A stretch of 64,000 nucleotides of DNA, taken from the NCBI GenBank assembly GCA_965222375.1, contig CBDCTZ010000014.1, forward strand, positions 1,024,001 through 1,088,000, read 5' to 3'. Of this stretch, positions 1-10,295 are shown piece by piece; the first letter of the stretch is position 1, and the number at the start of each line of letters is the position of its first letter. Source of the DNA: Polyangiaceae bacterium. Its GTDB lineage: Bacteria > Myxococcota_A > Polyangia > Polyangiales > Polyangiaceae. The notes below the pieces were generated by a model, which searched no databases, was not told the origin of the DNA, and saw nothing but the letters and a program-made list of their open reading frames with translations. The position numbers and the translations under genes are program-made.

Positions 1-852
1 AAGGTGAGCGCAGCGCGCAGTTCCGCGGGCTGGGCCTTGGTGTTCATCGCCATGCTCTACACCACCGCACCGGCGGTGGCTGCCTTCGCCCGCGCGAATC
101 TGCTGAGCACCATTGCCGGCAAACCCTACGCGAACGCGCCGGCGTGGTTCAAGAATTGGGAAGCGACTGGGCTGATCACCTTTACGGACAAGAACCAGGA
201 CGGGCTGATCCAATACGTTGGAGACCCCAAGCTGAACGAGCTCGTTATCGATCGCGACATCATGGTATTGGCGAATCCGGAGATCGCCAACCTACCTGCC
301 TGGGTCATTGGCTTGGTTGCTGCTGGCGCCCTCGCTGCTGCCCTGTCCACGGCGGCGGGGCTCCTCTTGGTCATCTCCACGTCCATCGCCCACGATCTGG
401 TGCGCCGCGGCCTGAAGTGGGACATGACGGAGCGCGGTGAGCTCAGCGTGGCCCGCATCGCGGCGGGAGCGGCCGTGGTCGTTGCGGGCTACTTTGGCAT
501 CAACCCTCCCGGCTTCGTGGCCCAGGTCGTCGCGTTTGCTTTCGGCTTGGCGGCGTCGTCGTTCTTCCCCGCTATCGTGATGGGCATTTTCTCCAAACGG
601 GTCAACGGGCGCGGCGCTATCGCTGGAATGCTCTCGGGGCTCATCTTCACCGCCGGGTACATCATCTTCTTCAAGTTCATTCGCCCGGATCTGAACTCTG
701 CCCAGCATTGGCTGATGGGGATCAGTCCGGAGGGAATTGGCGCGCTGGGCATGTTGATCAACTTCGTGGTTGCGGTCCCTGTGTCGGCCGCTTCCGAGCC
801 GCCGTCCCAAGCGGTGCGCGAGCTGGTCGAGAAGATCCGCGTGCCGCGCTGA
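1..852 (+). CDS. Sodium:solute symporter family protein (cation/acetate symporter ActP-like), C-terminal part; 5' end outside window
   Basis: Multiple TM helices, IMVLANPEIANLP and LVAAGALAAALSTAAGLLL, FAFGLAASSFFP motifs of the SSS/ActP group. Confidence 0.85.
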   Translation, partial: KVSAARSSAGWALVFIAMLYTTAPAVAAFARANLLSTIAGKPYANAPAWFKNWEATGLITFTDKNQDGLIQYVGDPKLNELVIDRDIMVLANPEIANLPAWVIGLVAAGALAAALSTAAGLLLVISTSIAHDLVRRGLKWDMTERGELSVARIAAGAAVVVAGYFGINPPGFVAQVVAFAFGLAASSFFPAIVMGIFSKRVNGRGAIAGMLSGLIFTAGYIIFFKFIRPDLNSAQHWLMGISPEGIGALGMLINFVVAVPVSAASEPPSQAVRELVEKIRVPR

Positions 853-947
853 GCGCGGTCGCACCCACCCGACCAGCGGTCTGCTGAGACAGACCGGGGA
901 ACCAATCGTGGTCCCACTACCGCGGCCATTTTGGGGGTAGGCGCGTC

Positions 948-963
948 CGGCATGCGGTGTGCT
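948..963 (+). promoter_or_regulatory. Putative sigma54 -24/-12 promoter (CGGCATGCGGTGTGCT)
   Basis: GG-N10-GC; C of -12 is 15 nt before ATG 977. Confidence 0.55.
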
Positions 964-976
964 CTAGCCAAGGCGT

Positions 977-2356
977 ATGCGACGTGTGTCTCTATTGGGT
1001 GCGACTCTGCTCCTGGCCTGCGGTGCTCCAGATACGGACTTGGAGTTCGGCCCCCTCCCGGGGCAAGCAGGAGGCGGAAACGCCGGCGGGGGTGGCTCCG
1101 TATCCGGAGGAGCTGGAGGGCTCGGAACCGCGGGCGTCGCGGGACAGGGCGCTGGCGGAGCCGCGACGGGTGGTGGCGCGAACGCGCCCGGGAGCGCTGG
1201 CGCCACCGGGGGCACCTGCGACTCCGGGTGCGAGCAGCCGCCCGCCGCCCACTGTGCAGACTCGACCACGTTGCGCAGCTACGACGGTCCGGGAAAGTGC
1301 ATTCAGGGTTCTTGTGTCTATCCCTTCAGCGACAGCGCGTGCTCCGTGAGCTGCGCGGGCGGAGTATGTACCGGCTGCAGCGCCGAGGTGATGACCGTGG
1401 ACGCCCCCGGCGACGTCGGCACTAGCCCGGCCATCGCCGCTGCGGCCGACGGCACCCTGTTCATCGCCTATCGGGATTCCTCCAAAAACGACTTGAAGCT
1501 CGCGCGCCGCAGCCCTGGTGCAGACTGGCAGACGGAAGTGCTCGACAAAAAGGGCGGCAGTGAAACTTCGATTCAGGCGCTTGGGGACGCGATTTCGATC
1601 TACTTCAAGGCCTCCGCCGCAAAGAAGCTCGCCGTCAAACCTGCGGGTGGCGCGTTTTCGGTCACGAGCAACCACGGTTACTACCACCCGGCCGCGCACG
1701 TTGTGCATTCCGGAGGAGCGGAGCTGTTCGCTGTCTCCTCGAGCTCTCTCAGGCACTCCACGGTGTCGCCATCCTGGAAGGTGGTGTCCACCAAGTCCGT
1801 GTACTCTACAGGATGCAGCATCAAGACCGGGGAGATAGCGGCGGTGCGCGACAGCCAGGGCGGGCTGCATGCCGTCGCTCGCTGCGGTTACGCCAAGGGG
1901 CCGCTGTATGCCTACCGCCCCGCAAGCGGTAGTTGGAAGAGTCACAAGGTGGATTCGAGCGGCGGCGACTACGTATCCTTGGCCATAGACGCGAGCGATA
2001 CGGTGTTCCTTGCGTATCGGCGAGACGTCGGCGACAAGCTGATGGTTGCGACTAAGTCGGCGTCGACAGGCTGGAGCTCGAAGTTCGATCTGAACAAGGT
2101 CGACGCAGGCGGAAAGCACGTCTCCCTAGCCGTTGATGGGCACGGCGCTCTGCACGCCCTCTACGTGAAGTATTCGGGGCAACTGAGTCACGCGGTCAAG
2201 AAGCCCTCAGAGCACAGCTGGTCGGTGCAGCCCGAGTTGGATCTACTAGAAGGCGGAGGGGAAATCTCGACGACCACCGACTCCGCGGGCGTCGTGCATG
2301 TCGCCTATCACAACGCCCAGGGCCAGGATTTGAAGTACGCACGCGTGTGTCCCTGA
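977..2356 (+). CDS. Lipoprotein: Gly-rich linker, Cys-rich module, C-terminal beta-propeller-like repeat domain
   Basis: Lipobox LLAC; repeated D..G..G..VSLAxD..G..H/F-AY blades. Confidence 0.75.
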   Translation: MRRVSLLGATLLLACGAPDTDLEFGPLPGQAGGGNAGGGGSVSGGAGGLGTAGVAGQGAGGAATGGGANAPGSAGATGGTCDSGCEQPPAAHCADSTTLRSYDGPGKCIQGSCVYPFSDSACSVSCAGGVCTGCSAEVMTVDAPGDVGTSPAIAAAADGTLFIAYRDSSKNDLKLARRSPGADWQTEVLDKKGGSETSIQALGDAISIYFKASAAKKLAVKPAGGAFSVTSNHGYYHPAAHVVHSGGAELFAVSSSSLRHSTVSPSWKVVSTKSVYSTGCSIKTGEIAAVRDSQGGLHAVARCGYAKGPLYAYRPASGSWKSHKVDSSGGDYVSLAIDASDTVFLAYRRDVGDKLMVATKSASTGWSSKFDLNKVDAGGKHVSLAVDGHGALHALYVKYSGQLSHAVKKPSEHSWSVQPELDLLEGGGEISTTTDSAGVVHVAYHNAQGQDLKYARVCP

Positions 2357-2420
2357 GGTTGCGGATCCCCTTGCGTCCCCGAAGGGTCGAATTGCGCCGT
2401 CGTGGTGCTATGTCTCTTCC

Positions 2421-3233
2421 ATGCGCGCCGCGGTCTTTCTTTGCCTGACGCTGATTTCATGCTCCGGCTCCGCGGAACGGCCGGATCAGATCGGCGGCGG
2501 TGGCAGCGGCGCCTTCGGTGCGACCTCCGGTGGCGGGGTCGGTGGCGCTGGGGCTGGCGGCGCTGGAGGGCAGGCCGGCGCTGGAGGGCAAGCAGGTGCG
2601 GCGGGGCAACCCAATCGCGAAGAGGTTCGCGCTTGGGTGAAGGAAGTGACCCTCGGGCCGGAGTTCGGCGGAAGCGGCAAAGTCTGCTCACGTTGGGTCC
2701 TTTCGCCAACCCTGAGCGTGATGCAGGGGGACGCCGCCGTCCGCAAAGACCTTCTGGATCTGATCCCCAAGTTGAATGGCCTGCTGTCTGCCAGCGGCAT
2801 GCAGTTGAACCTCGGTGCGGACGCGGACGATAGCGCCGATATCAAGGTCTACTACGCGCCGGTGGCAGACTTCGATTCCATTGCAACTGCTAACGGATTC
2901 CCCTACGTGCAAGGCAACCTTGGGTACTTCTATACGTTCTGGAACGGCGATAACGAGATCAACCGTGGCTACGTGCTGTTGGCCAGCGACAAGCTCAGCG
3001 GTGACAAGTTGCGACACTACACCTTCGAAGAGGTCACGCAGGTGCTAGGCCTTTCCAACGACTCGCCGCGCTTTTCAAACAGCATATTCTTTGCTGCGGG
3101 TTCCCTCGGCGGAAGTGCGACGGAGCTCTCCAGCTTGGACGAACAGCTAGTGAGCTTTTTCTACAACCATGTGCAACCAGGCTACCTAGAGGCCGACCTG
3201 GACACGGCCTTCGACGCGTACTTTCCCAACTGA
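2421..3233 (+). CDS. DUF2927-like lipoprotein (zincin-like)
   Basis: Lipobox LISC, Gly-rich linker, EEVTQVLGLSNDS motif characteristic of DUF2927. Confidence 0.7.
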   Translation: MRAAVFLCLTLISCSGSAERPDQIGGGGSGAFGATSGGGVGGAGAGGAGGQAGAGGQAGAAGQPNREEVRAWVKEVTLGPEFGGSGKVCSRWVLSPTLSVMQGDAAVRKDLLDLIPKLNGLLSASGMQLNLGADADDSADIKVYYAPVADFDSIATANGFPYVQGNLGYFYTFWNGDNEINRGYVLLASDKLSGDKLRHYTFEEVTQVLGLSNDSPRFSNSIFFAAGSLGGSATELSSLDEQLVSFFYNHVQPGYLEADLDTAFDAYFPN

Positions 3234-3420
3234 CGTAATACGTCCGGCGTACGCGGCGGCCTAGGGCGGGAGTAATGGCCCTGGGCGCAGCAGTGCTCGA
3301 CCTCCAACCCCACAAACGAACCCCAGTCCGTTTGAAGCGCGTTTTTCGTCTGCGCGTGGATTCCTTCGCGACTCGGACCGTGTCGTGCGAGGAGGCGCGA
3401 CACGGCGGCCCTGGCAAGGT

Positions 3421-5874
3421 TTACTTGATGCTGAGCGCGGTGGCCCAGAGCTGGTAGCCGGTGTCACCCTTCACCATGTAGAAGGCGGTGGCGCCCTCCT
3501 CGGTGCGGGCGATGACGCCTTGGCCAGCCTGCTTGCCGGACGGCGACAGGCTCATCGGATCGCCGATGGGATTCATGTCAGCGTCGTAAGTCTGCGCGCG
3601 GACCGTGCGTGACCCCGAGGGCCCCTCGGTCCATTGCACGAGCCAACGCTTGCCAGGGAGGCTCACGGCCGTAGGTGAGATGGCTTCCTTGCCGGGACCG
3701 CCGGAAGGAATGTCGAGCTCCCGCGACGTCTTCGGTACTTCGCCGTTGGAGGCTCTGGCGAAGCGCATCGCCCAGGGTGAGGTCGCGTCGCTCCGCGCAG
3801 CAAAGGTCACCAGGATGTCCGTCTCGCTCGCCGCGATGGTGGGCGTTCCGATGTGAGGGCCGCCGCTGTCCACGGTGCCCAGGGCGCTCTTCTTGCTGCC
3901 ATCTGGGTTCAGCCAGCCGACGGCGATGTCACCGGTGCGGCCGCCCTTGCGGAAGGTGACCGCGTGCCCCGTGCCCTCGACGCTCGCGACACGCGGCGTG
4001 GTGATGTTCGTGGGCGCGAAGGACCAGATAACCTTCGGTGCGTCGGTTCCGACGGTGTAGGCGAACCCCTTGGGGCCCATGCCGATGACGAAGCGCTCCT
4101 TGGCTGCGACCGTGTGCGCCCTCTTGAGGGTGCCGGCCGAGTCGACAATGAAGGAGGGTTTGTCGCCCTCGAACACCGGAACGACACTCGTGATGGCGGA
4201 CGTGCTGGCGCGGGTCATGACCTCGGTGCTGGCCAAGCTGGTCGCGCTGACGCTTATGCCAACGGCGTTCGTCTTCTTGGAGGCAAATCCAATTGCTACC
4301 TTCTCACCCGAGACGGCGACGTAGGGCGGAACCCCGAGGTAGGCCGAGCCGGAGATCTCCTTGCCCTGCTTCGTGACCTTGCAGGCGACGGTGCTGAGGT
4401 CTGGAGCGGCAGGTGCCGCGGATTCCGTGGGCGGCGCAGCTGCGGTCTTGGAGGCTTCCTCTGCTGTGGTGTCCCAAGGCTTGAAGTAGGCCAAGCCTGC
4501 GGCCAAAGTGGCACCGCCAAGGATGACGACCATGCCGATGCCACCAAGTAGGAGTCCCATAGAGGACTTCTTCGGGGGCGTGATCGACTCGTAGCTCTGG
4601 CGGGCAGCCGCTGGAGGAGGCGGCGTGGGTGCGGGCAGTCCGGTCGCGGGTTCAGCGATCTGCGCGTCGACCTCTTCGCTCCAGGAGGGGAGGGGAGCGG
4701 GCTGGTTCGCGTTCAGGGGCGACTCCTTGACGATGGTCGGTGCCTCGTTCTCGGGATCCGAGACCGGCACGATGGCATCTCGCAGCTGCGTGGATGCTTC
4801 CCGCTCGGTGATTTTCGGCGCTGCAGTCGCGACCGCGGGGGCTACCGGTTCGGGGGAAGCGCCGGCTGGCGGCGCTGCGGGCATGCCCAACGCGGTGGAC
4901 TTGCCAATGGGCGCGGGCGCCTTTTCGGCTTTGGCTGCAGGGGTAGCTGCGGCAGCGGTCCCCGCTTGGGGCGCTGCGGGCATTCCGAGCATGGTGGACT
5001 TCAGCCCAGAGGGCTTGGCGGCTCGGGCCTTGGCAGGAATGGACGCTTCGAGATCCGAAAGCGTCGCCTTCTTTTCCTCGACGAACTCGATCTCTCCGGC
5101 ATCGATATCACCCGTGGGAGGGTCGTTCTTCGGGCTCGATTTCGCAGGCATGATCGGTGCGGGGTCGGGCTTGTGGGCGGCCCGGGGCGCAGCGACCTCC
5201 TTCCAGTTCGCGGAAGGCGGAGCTTCTGCGTCGGCTTCGACCTCGACGTCGATCTCATCGACAGGCACGTCGATCGTCTCGGGCTTGTCGTTCTTGGCAG
5301 TCGACTTGGCTGGAATGATCGGTGCTGCTTTGGCCCGGTTGGGAGCGGGCGGCGCGCTGCTCTTCGGCTGAGGAGGTGGAACGATCTTTACCGGCTCGAG
5401 TTCATCAGCGCCTAACTCGGCTTCTACCAGGAGCTGGGTAACTGGCTTGTCGTTCGCCGGCGTGGAGGCTACCGGGATGATGGGGGCCAGATGGCCGTTG
5501 CCCTTGGGGATGGGCGGGGGATGAGTCGCGTCCGGACTCATCTTCGGCGCTGCCGGTGAGAGCCTTGCCGCAGGTGAAATTGAAGGACCTAGCTCCTTCA
5601 CTTCCGCGGCGCGCAGCCATTCGCCCCAACCCGCCTTCCACACCAAGGCGGTGGTCGGAATTTCGCCTTTGCGCAAGCTGTTCTCCAGCTCCCGTCGGTC
5701 CACAGTCTTCAGGGCACCGTCATTGGTCGCCCAAAACCAGAATTCACCTGCGTCGTCTGCCACGACTCCCTCTCTCTCGTCCGGCGCCGGCCAATTAGCA
5801 TCCATCGCTCTCGATCGCGATGAGCCCGGGCTGCTTGGGAAATTTGGTGTCTCGGTAAAGGGATTTGACTGCAT
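3421..5874 (-). CDS. GYF_2 (DUF4339)-domain membrane protein with long Pro/Ala-rich linker, one TM helix and extracytoplasmic beta domain
   Basis: N-terminal LVWKAGWGEWLRAAEVKEL motif; hydrophobic LLLGGIGMVVILGG segment; RBS GGAGG. Confidence 0.75.
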   Translation of the reverse strand: MQSNPFTETPNFPSSPGSSRSRAMDANWPAPDEREGVVADDAGEFWFWATNDGALKTVDRRELENSLRKGEIPTTALVWKAGWGEWLRAAEVKELGPSISPAARLSPAAPKMSPDATHPPPIPKGNGHLAPIIPVASTPANDKPVTQLLVEAELGADELEPVKIVPPPQPKSSAPPAPNRAKAAPIIPAKSTAKNDKPETIDVPVDEIDVEVEADAEAPPSANWKEVAAPRAAHKPDPAPIMPAKSSPKNDPPTGDIDAGEIEFVEEKKATLSDLEASIPAKARAAKPSGLKSTMLGMPAAPQAGTAAAATPAAKAEKAPAPIGKSTALGMPAAPPAGASPEPVAPAVATAAPKITEREASTQLRDAIVPVSDPENEAPTIVKESPLNANQPAPLPSWSEEVDAQIAEPATGLPAPTPPPPAAARQSYESITPPKKSSMGLLLGGIGMVVILGGATLAAGLAYFKPWDTTAEEASKTAAAPPTESAAPAAPDLSTVACKVTKQGKEISGSAYLGVPPYVAVSGEKVAIGFASKKTNAVGISVSATSLASTEVMTRASTSAITSVVPVFEGDKPSFIVDSAGTLKRAHTVAAKERFVIGMGPKGFAYTVGTDAPKVIWSFAPTNITTPRVASVEGTGHAVTFRKGGRTGDIAVGWLNPDGSKKSALGTVDSGGPHIGTPTIAASETDILVTFAARSDATSPWAMRFARASNGEVPKTSRELDIPSGGPGKEAISPTAVSLPGKRWLVQWTEGPSGSRTVRAQTYDADMNPIGDPMSLSPSGKQAGQGVIARTEEGATAFYMVKGDTGYQLWATALSIK

Positions 5875-6180
5875 AAAGGTGCCTCCGCCGGCCTGGTACG
5901 CCCAATGGCGTACCTACCTTCCCCCACCTTGGCCGACTTCGTCGCCATGCGCCGTTACAACTCCGCTTACAATTTCCGGCCCGTGGGCCGGGATCACTGG
6001 CTTGATGCCCCGCGCGCCGCACCACGTCGCCCGCGACCACGCGGATTGCGGGGCCGTTCTTTGGTCTTGGCTGATGTGACAGGCCGCTACGTCTTCGCCC
6101 CGTGCTCGACCAAGACCGCGCAGGCAGGTGGATGCTCGATGCACTTTGCGAAGTTGTAGAGGTCTGGATATTGTTGCCTC

Positions 6181-6459
6181 ATGGATCGGGTGACGGTGAA
6201 GTCGACTGCGGTTGCGTCTGTTGGCTACGACCCGTCCACGCATACCCTTGAGGTCGAGTTTCGATCGGGCCGAGTGTACCTGTATGCTGACGTTCCTCGG
6301 TCCGCCTACGAGTGGCTGCTCCGTGCTCCCTCGAAGGGCGCGCTGATGAACCGCCTGATCAACCAATACGAAGCGCGGGATGTGACGCCCAGCCAAGAAG
6401 CAGATCTGAGAGAGGGCCTGCAACGTTCTCTGGCGGCGCTACGCGAACCGAAAGAGTAG
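6181..6459 (+). CDS. KTSC domain protein
   Basis: VKSTAVASVGYD..LEVEF.SG.VY.Y.DVP..Y..L..APSKG signature. Confidence 0.9.
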   Translation: MDRVTVKSTAVASVGYDPSTHTLEVEFRSGRVYLYADVPRSAYEWLLRAPSKGALMNRLINQYEARDVTPSQEADLREGLQRSLAALREPKE

Positions 6460-6472
6460 TCCCCGATTACCC

Positions 6473-6817
6473 CTACCGTCCTGAGCTCCTTGCTTTCTGA
6501 TTGGTAGACCGCAATAGTTCCCATACGTCGGTATTGACGGCTTCCGCTACCCTCAGAAGCGTTGTCGCCGTCGGGTTGACCTCTCCGTACTCGATGCGCT
6601 GCCAGCGTTTGGAGTCGATGGCGGCCTCGGCGGCGGCTTGCTCCTGCGTTAGGTTTGCCGCGAGTCTCGCACTGCGAACTCGCTTGCCGATATCGCGAAG
6701 CAGGCGCTTCTGCTTTGGGGCTCGCGAGTAGGCGCCAGTTTTGGCACGCCCCTTGCGTTTGGTGTGGCGCCGTGATGACACGCGGTTCGGGTAGCCGACT
6801 CTTGCGCGCCGGGACAC
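6473..6817 (-). CDS. XRE-family helix-turn-helix transcriptional regulator (start uncertain)
   Basis: IGKRVRSARLAANLTQEQAA...IEYGEVNPT..TLLRVAEA. Confidence 0.85.
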   Translation of the reverse strand: MSRRARVGYPNRVSSRRHTKRKGRAKTGAYSRAPKQKRLLRDIGKRVRSARLAANLTQEQAAAEAAIDSKRWQRIEYGEVNPTATTLLRVAEAVNTDVWELLRSTNQKARSSGR

Positions 6818-6833
6818 CGTACTTTAATACGGT
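6816..6833. promoter_or_regulatory. Palindrome ACCGTA-N6-TACGGT between divergent XRE and receiver genes, candidate operator
   Basis: Perfect 6-bp inverted repeat in an AT-rich 24-bp gap. Confidence 0.45.
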
Positions 6834-6841
6834 ATTCAAGC

Positions 6842-7189
6842 GTGAAAGAACTCCTAATTGCCGAGGATGACCCAGAGGTGTTGAGGGCGTTGATGCGCCG
6901 ACTCCAAGGGGCAGGCTACGGCGTGAGCTGTTGCAGCAACACGCATCAAACTCTTGCGGAGCAGCGGGTGTTCGACGGCTACGTTCTGGACATTCAGCTG
7001 CCCGACGGTTGCGGGGTCGACGCGGCTCTGGCATTGAAGAGTCGGGGTGTTCTCGCTCCGTTCGTTTTTTTCACGGGGGGTGCTTCCGTAAGTACCCTCG
7101 CACTGGCCTCCACCGTTGGGTCCGTCGTTTTCAAGAGTGAAGGGGTCGGTGCGGTTTTGGCCACTCTCGAGTTCGCTTTGTCGTCATGA
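6842..7189 (+). CDS. Single-domain response regulator
   Basis: LLIAEDD, VLDIQLPDGCG, FFTG, VFK receiver motifs. Confidence 0.8.
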   Translation: MKELLIAEDDPEVLRALMRRLQGAGYGVSCCSNTHQTLAEQRVFDGYVLDIQLPDGCGVDAALALKSRGVLAPFVFFTGGASVSTLALASTVGSVVFKSEGVGAVLATLEFALSS

Positions 7190-7312
7190 ACCGCGTCTGG
7201 GGGGCGAGTCACATGCTCGAAGCGCTCTACCCGGTTCGAATTCGCAGCGTAAATCCAGCGCTTCGAAGCGAGCACTAGGGGCGCCCCACGAACCGCGCTA
7301 TGCCTTCCGCTG

Positions 7313-8608
7313 GTGGCTGAAGACAAGACCGTCACGATTCATCAAGGGGCCAGCTCGTCTGGCGAAACCTACGCAGCGCGCGTGGTAGCTGGACCCGACG
7401 CTGGCCAAGAAATCTCGCTTCGTCCAGATCGTACGGTGACGATCGGCTCTTCCTCCGACAACGACCTAGCACTGTCGGATCGAACCGTTAGCCGCTACCA
7501 CTTGGAGTTGAGGCCTGCGCCCGGCGGCATCTTGGTCAAGGACCTGGGAAGCTTGAACGGTACGTTTTTTCGGGAAGCTCGCGTTCAGTTGGCGATTCTC
7601 CCCACCGGTGTGGAGCTTCGTTTCGGCGCCAGCACGCTTGCCCTCCATGTTGCCGCGGCGGGCCCGGTGCAACCTCCGGAGCTGGCGGAACTGCCCGGCG
7701 TCATCGCAGAGAGCGCTGCGATGAAGCGAGTCGTGGCTACGATCGCAAAGCTAGCTCCGAACATGGTGTCGGTCCTGATCGAAGGCGAGACGGGTACCGG
7801 CAAAGAAGTCGTAGCTTCGGCCATTCATGCGTCGAGCCCCCGAGCCAAGGCGCCATTCGTGGTCGTGGACTGCGGAGCGCTACCGCCCACTCTGATCGCG
7901 TCGGAGCTGTTTGGGCACGAACGCGGCGCTTTCACGGGCGCGGCTCAGAAGCACGCGGGGGCCTTCGAGCGCGCCAAGGGCGGCACGCTTTTTCTGGATG
8001 AAATCGGCGAGCTGCCCTTGGAGCTGCAGCCCGCATTGCTTGGCGTGTTGGAGCGGCGCCGGTTTCGGCGCCTTGGAGGCGAACGCGATCTAGACGCGGA
8101 TTTTCGGCTGCTTTCGGCTACGCATCGAGACCTGAGGGCAGACGCCAATAGCGGGCGCTTCCGCGATGATCTGTACTTCCGACTCGCCGTATCGCGTATC
8201 GTCATTCCGCCCTTGCGCGAGCGCCCGGAGGACGTGGCCGCGCTCGCGCGCCACTTCGCAGAGCAGGTTGCCGGTACGCCGAACCCCGCCGGGCTGACCG
8301 AGGACCTGCTGGCGAAGCTTGCGGGCCAGCACTGGCGCGGCAACGCTCGGGAATTACGCAACTACATCGAGAACGCCATCGCTCTGGGTTTCGAACCCGA
8401 GGAGGCTGAGCGCACCGTCGCTGGAGCCGATGCCGACGAGATCCTTCCGTACAAAATCGCTCGCGCCGGCGTCGTGGGTAGCTTCGAAAAGGAGTACTTG
8501 AGTCGGCTGATAGCGGCATGCGACGGAAACGTGAGCGCCGCCGCCCGGCGCGCGGAGATGGATCGCGCTTACCTGCTGTCGCTACTGCGGCGACATGGGT
8601 TGCGCTGA
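7313..8608 (+). CDS. FHA-domain sigma54-dependent enhancer-binding protein
   Basis: FHA (VSRYH, DLGSLNGT), [23 protein letters not shown]-terminal HTH. Confidence 0.92.
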   Translation: MAEDKTVTIHQGASSSGETYAARVVAGPDAGQEISLRPDRTVTIGSSSDNDLALSDRTVSRYHLELRPAPGGILVKDLGSLNGTFFREARVQLAILPTGVELRFGASTLALHVAAAGPVQPPELAELPGVIAESAAMKRVVATIAKLAPNMVSVLIEGETGTGKEVVASAIHASSPRAKAPFVVVDCGALPPTLIASELFGHERGAFTGAAQKHAGAFERAKGGTLFLDEIGELPLELQPALLGVLERRRFRRLGGERDLDADFRLLSATHRDLRADANSGRFRDDLYFRLAVSRIVIPPLRERPEDVAALARHFAEQVAGTPNPAGLTEDLLAKLAGQHWRGNARELRNYIENAIALGFEPEEAERTVAGADADEILPYKIARAGVVGSFEKEYLSRLIAACDGNVSAAARRAEMDRAYLLSLLRRHGLR

Positions 8609-8615
8609 GTGGCGC

Positions 8616-10295
8616 CTACTTGCTCCCGCCCTTCTTGAAGGGCGTCGGTGCCAGTTCGTCGACGGGTTTCGGTTTGGGTTTCGGAGTGGGTCTGGGAGCA
8701 GGGCGCCGCGGAGCCTCGAACTCTACCGTCACCGTACCTTTGGTCTTGCTTACTCTGGCGGTCGTCGTCTTGTTGGCTTCGTTGGTTGCTTCCACCTCGA
8801 GTTCCTCACCGACTTCTGATGGTTCGAGCTGGACCTCGACCCGCTTCGCGGGCGGCGAGATCTCGATGCTACGCCTCCCGAGGCGGAGCCTGACGAGCCT
8901 CTGGTTTGCGCGGACGACCAGGGAGGACTTGCTAGGTACGACCGGCGCATCCGGCGCAAAACTAGCGGCCGATGGCGAGGTCGGGCCCGAGTCTTCTGCA
9001 GTGGTCACGAACCCGGCGTCTTGGGTGCCGCGGGGTTCATGTGCGCCACGGCGTGCTCCCAACGGAGTGCTCAGGGCAACGACGGCGGCGGCGCCGACAA
9101 TGAGCGCAAGCACCACGGCGCCCGCGCCGATGGCGACCTTGCGGGTGCGCTGGGTCGAGGTCACCACCTGAAAGCCAGTGGCGCTTTCTTTCTCCTGCCC
9201 GACGGGGTCCTCCAACACCAAAGAGTCTCGCGACGAGGCATCGGCGGGAGTCACCAGCGCTTCACCGCTGATTTCTCGTGTCTTCGCGCCGGATTCACCG
9301 GCCCGCGTTGCTAGCACCCTAGCGATCTGCGACCGGCGCCGTGTGGTTGTGCTCTCAACTGCGAAACGCACCAGATTGGCGACCTCTGCCGCGCCCGCCA
9401 GGCCGAATTGATTGCGCCAAGCGGTCTCCAGGCTCTTGGCCAGGGCTTCGGCGCTGGGAGTGCGCTCTTCGACGTTCGCAGTGAGCGCGCCCGCGGCGGC
9501 CGCTTCGAGCTCCAGCGATAGGTCTGGGTTTACAGAGCGAAGCAGCGGTGGCGACTTCTGCACGATTGCCAGGAGCGTCTCGGTTTCGTTCTTGTTGGGG
9601 TATAGCCGGCGCCCGGCCAGGAGCTCCCAAGCGATCACTCCGGCGGCCCAGACGTCGCAGCGGCGGTCCACGCGAGAGCCGCGGGCCTGCTCCGGCGACA
9701 TGTAGCTGATCTTGCCCTTCAAGATCCCGGTTGCTGTCACTTGGCTGCCCTGGGCCTTGGCGATGCCGAAATCTGTCAGGCGACCGATGCCGTCCACGCC
9801 CACCAAGATGTTTTGTGGCGAGAAGTCCCGATGCACCAAGTTCACGGGTTCGCCAGCTTCGTCACGCAATTCGTGGGCCGCGTGCAGACCAGCCAGGGCG
9901 TCAATCAAGATGCGGCCGCTAACGCGCAGGGGCAGGGTCTTGTTCTGTTTGCGTAGCGCCCGGCTCAGTCCAGAGAGAGTGTCGCCCTCGATGTAGTCGA
10001 GAACAAGATACAGCCCCAGGGGGTCGTCGCCCGCCTCGACTACGGGAACGACATTGGGGTGCCGGATCCGAGCAGCAATCCTCGCTTCGTGCAACAAGTG
10101 CGTGGCCCACTCGGGATCGCCCCGCAAGTGGGCGTGCATCACCTTCAGCGCGTAGTCGCGGGTGACGCCTTGCACGACCTCAGCGCGAGCCAAATACACG
10201 GTTGCCATGCCACCCTTGCCAATGGGCACCAGCACTTCGAAACGGCCGATGCGCTCGGGGATCGGCGGCTCGTTGGAAGCGCCCGCTTCTGACAC
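8616..10295 (-). CDS. Membrane-anchored Hanks-type Ser/Thr protein kinase
   Basis: GKGGMATV, ALK, HRDFSPQN, DFG, YMSPEQ; TM helix; GTG 10295 lies 6 nt after TATGAT. Confidence 0.92.
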   Translation of the reverse strand: MSEAGASNEPPIPERIGRFEVLVPIGKGGMATVYLARAEVVQGVTRDYALKVMHAHLRGDPEWATHLLHEARIAARIRHPNVVPVVEAGDDPLGLYLVLDYIEGDTLSGLSRALRKQNKTLPLRVSGRILIDALAGLHAAHELRDEAGEPVNLVHRDFSPQNILVGVDGIGRLTDFGIAKAQGSQVTATGILKGKISYMSPEQARGSRVDRRCDVWAAGVIAWELLAGRRLYPNKNETETLLAIVQKSPPLLRSVNPDLSLELEAAAAGALTANVEERTPSAEALAKSLETAWRNQFGLAGAAEVANLVRFAVESTTTRRRSQIARVLATRAGESGAKTREISGEALVTPADASSRDSLVLEDPVGQEKESATGFQVVTSTQRTRKVAIGAGAVVLALIVGAAAVVALSTPLGARRGAHEPRGTQDAGFVTTAEDSGPTSPSAASFAPDAPVVPSKSSLVVRANQRLVRLRLGRRSIEISPPAKRVEVQLEPSEVGEELEVEATNEANKTTTARVSKTKGTVTVEFEAPRRPAPRPTPKPKPKPVDELAPTPFKKGGSK

